DNA from: Gammaproteobacteria bacterium
Lineage (GTDB): Bacteria > Pseudomonadota > Gammaproteobacteria > JAJDYQ01
DNA length: 64,000 nucleotides
Reading direction: 5' to 3'
Assembly: GCA_965214035.1 (NCBI GenBank)
Contig: OZ243932.1
Coordinates: 1,007,992 to 1,071,991, forward strand
Below the pieces are notes generated by a model. That model did no database searches, was not told where the DNA came from, and was given only the letters and a program-made list of their open reading frames with translations. Position numbers and translations under genes: made by a program. This document shows positions 1 to 8,600 of this stretch, piece after piece. Position 1 is the stretch's first letter; every line of letters starts with the position of its first letter.

Positions 1-190
1 GCTGTTGCGGCTCACGCTCCCGCCGCAGTGGCTGAACCGCCGAGCCGGGACGGTGCGTCACCGGCTGTTCAGTATAGCCGGCAAGGTGGTCTGTCACAGC
101 CGCCAGTGGACGCTGAAGATTCAGTCAGAACATTATGCGCTCTTGTCAGAAGCCCTGTATCATACCCGACGATTCGCTCTGGCGCCCTGA
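1..190 (+). mobile_element. C-terminal fragment of an IS1380-family-like transposase (partial, runs off the window start)
   Basis: ORF 5..190 ends '...LFSIAGKVVCHSRQWTLKIQSEHYALLSEALYHTRR', which resembles the conserved C-terminus of IS1380-family transposases. GC is high relative to the AT-rich gene that follows. Confidence 0.35.
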
Positions 191-399
191 CTTCACACAG
201 TGAGCCGGTTCGCGCCACGGTCTGTCACTCCCAATCCGTCAAAATACTACATACAAACACATCACTGAATCTCTATCGCGGAATTTGGGGGTTTTATCGT
301 GCGCGAAAAATTCATGCAATCCAGCTAAAATAATGCGTTTATGTCACGCATGGTTAATATAGAATGTCGGGCCTTACACCCAATCAGATTTTCGAAATG

Positions 400-984
400 A
401 ACAAGCTCATCTGGCTTTTGATAGTGTTATTTCTTTCACACGAGGTGATCGCAAGTAAAAGCCCTGATCACACATCACAATATGTTGGCGAAGAAAATAG
501 AGAGATAAAGGCTCTCTCGGCAGCAGATATTGTTGAATTACAAAAAGGCGGCGGATGGGGTTTCGCTAAACCTGCGGAACTGAATGGTGTGCCGGGTCCG
601 GCGCATTTATTGGAAATGAAGGAAGAGATTTCGTTAAATCCGGAACAAGTATTTCAAATAGAAAAGATATATGAAGAGATGCGTTCTGAAGCGATTCCGC
701 TTGGAAATGAATATATTGATGCTGAAAGAAACCTGGATACCCTGTTCAAAACAGGAAGTATGAGCAGTGATTCCGTGCTGTTATTGATAGAACAAATAGA
801 AGATATTCGAGCGAAACTACGATACGTTCATCTATCCAGACATTTGGAAACGGTAGAGTTGTTGTCAGAAAAACAAATCAAACGATATAACAAATTACGC
901 GGATATTCTGAAGGTAGCGTCTGCGACAATATACCTGAGGGGCACGATGCCGAAATGTTCAAAAAACATAATGGCTGTGAATAG
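400..984 (+). CDS. Exported Spy/CpxP-like periplasmic protein (hypothetical)
   Basis: Likely start MNKLIWLLIVLFLSHEVIA gives a signal peptide. The mature part is helical with two L[ST]xxQ-like motifs (LNPEQ, LSEKQ), as in the CpxP/Spy/ZraP family. The gene is AT-rich compared with its neighbours. Confidence 0.4.
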   Translation, partial: NKLIWLLIVLFLSHEVIASKSPDHTSQYVGEENREIKALSAADIVELQKGGGWGFAKPAELNGVPGPAHLLEMKEEISLNPEQVFQIEKIYEEMRSEAIPLGNEYIDAERNLDTLFKTGSMSSDSVLLLIEQIEDIRAKLRYVHLSRHLETVELLSEKQIKRYNKLRGYSEGSVCDNIPEGHDAEMFKKHNGCE

Positions 985-1043
985 AGAGTAACCCGAATCC
1001 CGGTAATTGGAGACCGTAAACCACACTGGCAGGGCAACACAAT

Positions 1044-1061
1044 CCCCGCAAGCTTGCGGCT
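1044..1061. terminator. Perfect 14-bp palindrome ccgcaagcttgcgg between convergent genes; possible bidirectional terminator
   Basis: Palindrome at 1046-1059 lies between the 3' ends of the Spy-like gene (+) and tsaB (-). No strong U-tract follows. Confidence 0.25.
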
Positions 1062-1144
1062 TCATATCCGGTTTGCATGATCGCCCGACAACCGATTTGC
1101 CATGACACACTATTATTTTCACAAGCGAATCTACCGTGTTTCGT

Positions 1145-1852
1145 TCATTCCATTGATGGCTTCGCAGCGTTACGTTCCCGGATGGTTCGAGCAACTTTTT
1201 CACGGAGATAGACGGGTATGGCCTGTTCGGCGCTGACAGTTTGCTGTGCCCGGATCATTTTTTTTGCCAGGGGGATGGTGTCTCTGGCCAGCGGTATGGT
1301 TTCGGGGATTATTTTCATCAGGTGCCCCTCCAGCCTTTGCTGCATTTGCGGATATGCCGCCCACCCTGAACCTATGGCATACCAGTCACCTTCTGTGGGG
1401 AGAAACAGGTCATTGGGCGAGCTGACGGCTTCATCGCCGATATTTTGCATGGTGCCCTGTATCAGGGTGTAACTACCCCAATATACCTCCCCGATTCTGG
1501 CATCAAAGGCGGCACAGATCCGGGTCGCTGCACTGTTTTCACGGTAATAGCCCTGTGCCATGGCGGCCAGAGATGAAACCGGAGCAACCGGCAGATCAGC
1601 TCCCAGTGCCAGTCCCTGCACTACACCGGCCGCAATACGCAAACCGGTAAAACTGCCGGGGCCACGTCCAAATGCCAAGGCATCCAGTTGCTTGAGTTGC
1701 AACCCGGCTTCCGCCAGAACGGCCTGCACTTGTGGGAGTATCAGTCCGGTGTGGGCACGCGGCGCATGTTCTTCCCGCCATATCAGTTCATCATCAACCG
1801 ACAGCGCAACCGAGCAGTATTCCTGGGTGGTATCGAGGGCAAGAATGTTCAC
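1145..1852 (-). CDS. tsaB: tRNA threonylcarbamoyladenosine biosynthesis protein TsaB (YeaZ)
   Basis: N-terminus MNILALDTTQEYCSVAL..., Kae1/YeaZ fold, 235 aa, typical TsaB length and motifs. Confidence 0.9.
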   Translation of the reverse strand: MNILALDTTQEYCSVALSVDDELIWREEHAPRAHTGLILPQVQAVLAEAGLQLKQLDALAFGRGPGSFTGLRIAAGVVQGLALGADLPVAPVSSLAAMAQGYYRENSAATRICAAFDARIGEVYWGSYTLIQGTMQNIGDEAVSSPNDLFLPTEGDWYAIGSGWAAYPQMQQRLEGHLMKIIPETIPLARDTIPLAKKMIRAQQTVSAEQAIPVYLREKVARTIRERNAAKPSME

Positions 1853-1930
1853 AGGATTGTCTCTTCGGTCAAAGTTACTTCTTTTTTATCAGTTCCATCA
1901 AGTTCTGGTTGAATCTCAATTTAACCATTT

Positions 1931-2875
1931 CTACAGCAATGACAGCTGAAACGAAGACAGTTCACTTTCTGCTTCACCGGTTGCAACACCTTTCAACCTT
2001 TCCAATGACCTCGAATGATATTCCAGATTAGCCTCGAAACCGATAAATGCTCTATCCAGCATTCTGGCAGCTAACGCCGTTGTCCCACTGCCCATGAATG
2101 GATCAAGCACGATCTGATTTTCCCTTGTTGTGAGTTTGATGAGATATTTGATCAGGGCTAATGGTTTCTGTGCCTCATGAATTCTTGTCTCATTTTTGCC
2201 GAAACCAAACTCAGGCATATTGGTGGGACTCGATCCATTAAACTGGCATTCACCTGTATTCATGGCACCCACTTCGTTTTCAAGGATATTGTCTGTAATG
2301 GTGCCGCCGACTTTATAAGGTTTCATGAACCATGCTATGGGTTCCCAGACAGGTGCAAGATTACCGAGTCGCCAGCCTTTCCATTTTTCAGCCTCTTTTG
2401 TTAAGCCTCTGCGTTGCAGAACAATACTGACCCTTTGTGCCCGATGATGGGCAGATGGTTTTTTCCACGCCAATGTATCCTTCAAAAGAAATCCACTATC
2501 TTCAAACGCATTGATCGCTCTATGAATGGTTCTTCTTGCACCAAACACCAATAAAAAAGAACCATTCTTCATTTTCGGATAAATTTTAGTCGCCCAGGCT
2601 TTGCACCACCCCTGATATTCCAATCCGATGTTTCTATCGGCCTGTGACCAACCATTAATTGGTTTGCCTCTGCGTTTAAATCCCGACTTTCCCTTTTGTG
2701 CCGGCGATTTTCCAAGCAGAGCAGAATTCGTATTGCTATGCAGCACATCCCAGTCATCCAGGCTGATTCCATAGGGAATATCCGATAAAAACAGATCGAT
2801 ACTACAATCGTCCAGGTCAGGCAAGTACTGCAGGCAGTTGCCTAAAGTTATTTTATTAATGTAATCACTATTCAT
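1931..2875 (-). CDS. Beta-class site-specific DNA methyltransferase (N6-adenine or N4-cytosine)
   Basis: N-terminal motif IV 'SDIPYG' (D/SPPY-like) precedes C-terminal motif I 'DPFMGSGTT'. This is the beta-class amino-MTase order, 314 aa. Confidence 0.85.
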   Translation of the reverse strand: MNSDYINKITLGNCLQYLPDLDDCSIDLFLSDIPYGISLDDWDVLHSNTNSALLGKSPAQKGKSGFKRRGKPINGWSQADRNIGLEYQGWCKAWATKIYPKMKNGSFLLVFGARRTIHRAINAFEDSGFLLKDTLAWKKPSAHHRAQRVSIVLQRRGLTKEAEKWKGWRLGNLAPVWEPIAWFMKPYKVGGTITDNILENEVGAMNTGECQFNGSSPTNMPEFGFGKNETRIHEAQKPLALIKYLIKLTTRENQIVLDPFMGSGTTALAARMLDRAFIGFEANLEYHSRSLERLKGVATGEAESELSSFQLSLL

Positions 2876-2883
2876 CTGGTTCT

Positions 2884-3731
2884 TTACCCAAGACCCAAAA
2901 GCCCGTTATCGACAATAGAACATATAGCTCGAATTTTGTTATCGAGTTTGTTCGCCTTTAGTACCTCCCTGATTGCCTGCTCTTTAGTAAATCTCATTAT
3001 TCGCTCTCGCTCAGCAGCCAAAAATTTAAGGGCTTCATATCTCGATATGTGAATTGACTCTACAGATGCTTTCTTTTCCTCTTGCCAGACAGCGCTGATA
3101 CTATGATCAAAATCAAGAATTTTCCGATTAACTGCCTGCCAGTATGTATTAGCATCCTTTGATGGATTCATTGACTCCACAGTTCTAAATACTTCATGCA
3201 CCAACTCCATTGCATTATCTACACCACTGAGCATTGCATATCGAGCGAATACTGCAAGGTGTGTGTATGTACCAATTAATACGGACCTCGCTCCGGCTTG
3301 CTGGTATATCTGACTTCTGCGAGCAGGCAGCTGGTAAACCGGGCATACAACCATCGCATAAGGCTTACCATGCTTCCAGCCATCTACTTGCCTGGACTTT
3401 AAAATCCTTTTGATTCTTTGCCGTACGGCTCAATCTGAATGCCTTTGCATCTGCCACAAAGCTGTAGTTTTCATTAACACACTCGACATCAGCTACATCA
3501 GCCCGCTCTGTCAGGACTGAGCTATTAAAGCCTATAGCTTTATAAGCTTCATGTATTACAACATCAGTGTATTTTGAATAAAGCTTTTCCTCACTCGTAT
3601 CGTGGTGATAGCTCTCCGGGATGGCTCCACATAATGGCAAATGACCTAATAGTGCATCAATGCCACTGTCTTCAATTTCTTTATCGATTTCATCCTCGAT
3701 TTTTTCTGCGCCTACTCCAAAATCAGGGACT
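2884..3731 (-). pseudogene. Putative cognate restriction endonuclease, frameshifted, no canonical start
   Basis: Two adjacent same-strand ORFs in different frames (3365..3640 and 2884..3354) lie directly upstream of the MTase. The first carries a PD-(D/E)xK-like segment 'VADVECVNE...DAK'. Its reading frame runs upstream to 3731 with no ATG. Confidence 0.35.
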
Positions 3732-3905
3732 TATATACTTAACTCCACTGATTGTCCCTTCGGTTTTTATGCTGATTAGAGTTGAGCAGAAATTAGACAT
3801 TAGCCCTTGATGATGGCAAGTTGCGTGCACAATAGGGGTATTTTTTAGTTTTATTTCTATAGCACCACATTGACAATGCACTTGATATTCTTTTGACTCT
3901 TTCAT
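3723..3905 (-). CDS. Small Cys/His-rich hypothetical protein (60 aa), possible truncated GFA-like zinc-binding domain
   Basis: An AAGGAAAAA Shine-Dalgarno precedes ATG at 3905. The sequence MKESKEYQVHCQCGAIEIKLKNTPIVHATCHHQG... has CxCG...C.HH spacing reminiscent of GFA/CENP-V domains but is too short for a full domain. Confidence 0.2.
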   Translation of the reverse strand: MKESKEYQVHCQCGAIEIKLKNTPIVHATCHHQGLMSNFCSTLISIKTEGTISGVKYISP

Positions 3906-3935
3906 GTTTTTCCTTGTGTGGCCTAACGCCATGCT

Positions 3936-3965
3936 CAGCGGCGCGCGCCTTTGGCGCGTCCGCTG
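3936..3965. repeat. GC-rich REP-like hairpin (13-bp stem with one bulge, loop TTTG)
   Basis: cagcggcgcgcgcc-tttg-ggcgcgtccgctg sits in an AT-rich intergenic stretch. No clear U-tract follows. Confidence 0.4.
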
Positions 3966-3975
3966 AAGCAAATTG

Positions 3976-4203
3976 TTAAGTGTCTTCTTTTTTGATTGTT
4001 CTTACATCCATCAAGCACTTCTTGCCCCTCGGCGTCAGAATCCAGAATAACGCCATCGTACCTCCCCTTGTTTGTAGACTCTCAACTTCAACAAATCCCA
4101 ATGCCATAAGCTGGAGTTTAACTGCTTGAACAACCTCTTCTTCTACTTTTGTACTGAAATACCTATCTGCGTTTGGTAGTGTCTCAGTTTGAAATTTCTT
4201 CAT
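3976..4203 (-). CDS. Hypothetical 75-aa protein
   Basis: ORF directly downstream of the HerA-like fragment. I recognise no family. Confidence 0.25.
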   Translation of the reverse strand: MKKFQTETLPNADRYFSTKVEEEVVQAVKLQLMALGFVEVESLQTRGGTMALFWILTPRGKKCLMDVRTIKKEDT

Positions 4204-4216
4204 ATTTATAATGTGG

Positions 4217-4681
4217 TCATGGTTTACTCTGTTGCCTTAATGCTTGAATGGCTTCTTCCAGAGTATTTTTGTCTTTTTCCTTTGACCATTCAGTCCATAT
4301 ATCAATTGTTGCACTAGCAGGCTTTATTTTTGGCTCTGCCATTTTAATTCTGCTGGGTAATAAGCAAGCATCGCCAATGATCAAGCACTCTCCAATATCT
4401 AAAATAGGTAACAACTCTGAAAAGCCTCCTAAGCTGTCAGGAAATAGCCGTTTTATTACATTTTGGTCATCAGGGTTTGTAAGACGCATGGCGACAAAGT
4501 TGCCACATTGACTTAAGACGGTTTTGCTGACATCAGCAGGCCGTTGACTGATAACAATAAGTGAAACGCCATGTTTTCTCCCTTCCTTTGCTATACGCTC
4601 GAAGTTAAAAAGCCCTTTTGTTTCAATACTGTCTTTAGTATTGTTGGGAATATACAAATGTGCCTCATCACGCGGATTCAA
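4217..4681 (-). pseudogene. C-terminal fragment of a HerA/FtsK-like (DUF87) ATPase, truncated at its 5' end by IS remnants
   Basis: 'GVSLIVISQRPADVSKTVLSQCGNFVAMRLTNPDDQNVIK...LPILDIGECLIIGDACLLP' matches the C-terminal half of HerA-type ATPases. The N-terminal ATPase core with Walker A is absent, and an IS30 fragment abuts the upstream edge. Confidence 0.55.
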
Positions 4682-4965
4682 CTCGCAAGTGCAATCTGTA
4701 GTTTGATTCCTGAAAATGCCTCATTAGGCGTTTTAATGCCAAGACATTTTCCAGGTCGATTATTCAGTCTATTCATGGCTTGCTCAATTTCTCTGTGGGT
4801 AATGGTTGTCAAGTCACCCCCCTTTGGAAAGTACTGTCGGATGAGTCCATTGGTATTTTCATTCAGGCCACGCTCCCATGAAGCATAAGGATGGGCAAAG
4901 TAAAACCGGGCGTTGAGCCTGTTCAGGGCGATAACCACGAAGGCCCGTATTGCGCTGAAGCTCAC
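4678..4965 (-). mobile_element. IS30-family transposase, C-terminal fragment
   Basis: 'YFAHPYASWERGLNENTNGLIRQYFPKG...MNRLNNRPGKCLGIKTPNEAF' is the conserved C-terminus of IS30-family DDE transposases. The catalytic core and N-terminus are missing. Confidence 0.7.
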
Positions 4966-5186
4966 GGCTAATGGTGGATCGACTTCAACCTGACATCATG
5001 GCTATCCCGGATTGGTTATGGCCGGCTTTCTTCAGGGCATCAATCCGGTATCGTTGTTCCTGGGTAAGCTGTTTGTATCTCATCGTGCTCCTCTTTCTTG
5101 GCAGAATGGGAAAGCTGTGAATCATACAGCAGCTTACCCTATCGCCAACTCGTCAAGAGTTGCACTTACAAGTTGAATTCAGGCAT

Positions 5187-5645
5187 CTATATTATACAAG
5201 AATAAACAGAAATGCCGGTAGTGTCACAGTTTGAATTTTTCTTCTTATACGGTCCGCGCTTCTTTCCTTTCGGTTCTCTGTTTTCTATCAGATCGACAAT
5301 AAAACCCATATTGTGCAGCGTATCGGTTAATCCCGCTTCCATTGCCGGCGTGACTTTCAATGTCTTGTGAATACGGCAGAAATTATAAAACATGAAGTAC
5401 AGGGACAACGCATGAATATGGTTGTCGATTTTCTGACTGAATGCGTTGGTCAGCCGGGTGAACCGGCGCATACTCATACGCATGGTCAGGTTATGGCGTT
5501 CAACATAGCTGGTTGATACATGCTCAAACTCAGGCCGACCGATAACATGTTCACGGTGTGCGCCGATGCAAGCTGACGGGCTGTAACTCCGTTGTTCATC
5601 CGCCGGCATGTCGCCATACAACTTGACCAACCAGGCATCATCCAC
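5187..5645 (-). mobile_element. IS1-family-like transposase, C-terminal fragment
   Basis: 'YVERHNLTMRMSMRRFTRLTNAFSQKIDNHIHALSLYFMFYNFCRIHKTL' follows the InsB-like pattern R.NL..R...R.T.AFSK plus the C-terminal Y.NF.R.H motif. There is no full-length ORF. Confidence 0.5.
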
Positions 5646-5696
5646 ATCAGAACCAAAAGCTTCCTCTGCCTGCTTGTATGATATGCAGTCACTGTT

Positions 5697-8600
5697 TCAT
5701 TCATCGGCATACTGCCCGTAGCCCAGCCCACGCACATGCGGTTCCTGGTGCAGCAGCAGTCGCAGCCGCGTGAGCTCGGCGACGTCCCACCCCATCGCTT
5801 CTGCCACGGCTTCATCCCAAATGCGGCGCACTTCGCATTCACCGTCGCGGAATTGCGGTACAACCATGTCCTTGGTGTGGTTCCAACAATGAGCCAACCT
5901 GTCAACGAGAACATTATCGGAGAGATCAGGCAAACGGATGGTTTTCAGGCCCGCAGGGTTGTAATTTGGAAATTCCAAAGTCTTTCCAGGATTGCGCAGC
6001 AGTTGCAACCGCCCCGGGGTTGAGTTGAGAAAGACAGCCGCGGCCTTCGCCTGATTGAACGAGATATTCGGCACCGGCAACCAACCCACGCCGACATACC
6101 GTTCCTCTTGTGCCACGGCCGTCAAACGGCCTGTGCTGGTGCGCTGGCCGCCCGTCACCAGCAGGTGGGAGATTTGGGTCACAATCCGACTGGCATTGTC
6201 AGGGTGGTGCTTGCCATCCACGCCGGGAACCTCAATCCATTCATCCTGTGGAACATGCCTTTGGGGCGCTTGATGCTGATCAGGCATGCCTCGAATGGTC
6301 CGTTGGGCCTCGGCGGACTTGGAATAAAAGACCGGGAAAGCGCCCGGTGCATCTGCGTCAGCCTGCCTGAATTGACCCCGCCTACCCCCACCTAACACTG
6401 CGGATGGCACCATGTTCTGTTCTTCCATCCGAAGAAGCGACTTGTGAGTGGAGATATCGAACGCCGCATTGGCCAGTTCTGGTGATCGAAACACCACCGC
6501 CGTCCAATCGCCAGCCTCAATGCGCTCTGCAGACCAGTAAGAGACCTCGCCCCAACCGTCTGCCATCAGCCCTTGTTCACAGTCCAGCAAGCATCGATGA
6601 AAATCGGCAGCCTCACCATCGTCTGCCGGCATTCTGTCAAGATTGATGAACCGCGTTGGCGGCTTGTCGCCGGCATACCACCGACGCATCACCACGATGC
6701 TCTCGTTGATAGAGGTATGCTGGCTCAGGTTGATGTTCTGAGGCTGGTGCGAGGTCAATATGGTGTGTATATGGAAGTGCTTGGCAAGTGCAAGCCGCTC
6801 GCGCTGACCGGATGGGGTCGTGAGCGCTATGGTCGGGTTAATCATCGTCAGAGTTCCATCGGACCGCTCTACGCAGTGGTCTGCAAGACCAACGAAGAGC
6901 GGTCCGATGGAATTCTTGTCCACGAACTCCATCAGACCGGGGTCGGATTGCGTGAGTTTTTGCTCCATAAAGTCGGCGCGGTCGCGCAGAGCCGTCTGCG
7001 TTTCAGCGGGAAACTTCTCGCCCATCTTGGAACGGTTAGTGAACGGTGGGTTCATGATGATAATGCGCGCTTCCTTAACTGCATCTACGGTATCTTCCAG
7101 TTCGGTGTCGTCCGTCGTCTCCCACGTCGCCCGGGAACCGATGGCATCGTCACCCAAGTCCAGCTCGTTCGGTCTTTGCACGATAGCCCGTTGCCCCAGC
7201 AGCTCGAGTGTGCCAGCGTAGACTCGGTCTGGAGCATGCTTGTCGGGACCGTAGGGCATGAGATGCAGTCCCATTCTCCGGTAGCTGACTCTCTGGTTGC
7301 CCGCGGTTAATTGTGATGCAGCCAGTTGTAGCGACACCGGATTGATATCCAGCCCTTTGAGGGTGTCTTCGACGGCAATTTTCTGAAGCTGATTCAGTGA
7401 TTCGTCGTCTGCGCCATTATCGCGCGCCCTGCGCTTCATGTCGGAAAGCATGGCGGCAAGCAGCGTGCCGCTGCCACATGCCAAATCCACAATCTTGTGC
7501 CGCTGCCAGACTTCAGGGTCAGACCAGTCCTGGTCTCCGCAGGCGTCGAGCGTCAATCGCGCAGCGAGCGAGGCGGCAACGGGTCTGGTGAAGAACGCGC
7601 CGTCGGATGCCTGGTTACCCATGACGCGATTAAAAAGCGGCCCGGCGTGGTCGGCGCCCATATCCGCGTAGGTTTCTGCAATGCGCTCGGCTTCCGCAGC
7701 GAGATGATGCAGGGCGCGTTCGAGCCCGGCAGTCTTTCCTGTCGTCTCAACGGCGTAGATGGCCTCAAGGGCGGGTTCAAGCACCGGGCGGAAGTCGTGG
7801 CGCATGATTCGCTCCCACTCCCGGCTTATCTTCTGCACGACATTAGCCTGATTCTTGATCTGGGCGAGGTCGCTGATGCCCGACAGCCAGCCACCGTTAC
7901 TAATGCGCTGGTGCAGCATGGCGGCATTCATCATCAGCAGCGCAGCGATGGTGCAGCCGTCCGCCTGCTCCTTGCCTGTCTCCTTGAGCCGGTCGAGTCC
8001 GAAATGCTGGTTTAGCGCGGGCAACAATTCATCCGCACGCATGTGGTGCGCCGCTTCGGTCACGCTCGATTCCAGTATATTCAGATCGCGTATCACCCGA
8101 TTGTCGCTCAGCCCGGACTTCGAGAGCAGGTTCATCTTGATGGCGCTGCCATGATCTTCCAGCCCGCTCAGCTTGAGCATGAGTTGCCCCTGTTCCTCCG
8201 CTCGTTCCGTGGCGGTCTTGCGGGGTTTGCGATGGCTGCCCGGCTTCACGCGATTACCGCCCTCACCGGTATTGATCATCTTGCCGGCTTTGGCTTTGGT
8301 TCGCTGTATGTTCACAATGCCCCGCGCCTCGCCTGCTTTTGGCTTGTCGCGGGTTATGGAGTCCTCGCGCAGTTCAACCGTTCCATCCTTGTTTTTCTTC
8401 CCTGTGAGGACTTGCGTCAGCTCCACCGCGCTGTAATCAGCGGGTTCTTCACGGATACGCTGTATGCCAGTCGCAGCGCGGGTCTTGCCTTCCAATGCCT
8501 GTTCGACCGCTGCCTGCGCGGCGCCGGGAGGCCCCTCGACTTCGCCGTACTGTATGCGCATGCCTTCACCCATCGCGACCGCCACCAATGTGCGTTCCAC

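Noticed and set aside
28-333. 101-aa ORF overlapping the IS1380-like fragment in another frame
   Set aside because: Overlaps the transposase-tail ORF with no start context. Its sequence is Ser/Arg/Pro-rich noise.
5486-5914. 142-aa ORF overlapping the IS1-like fragment and the Type ISP 3' end
   Set aside because: Overlaps two better-supported features on the same strand in a different frame. No recognisable motifs.
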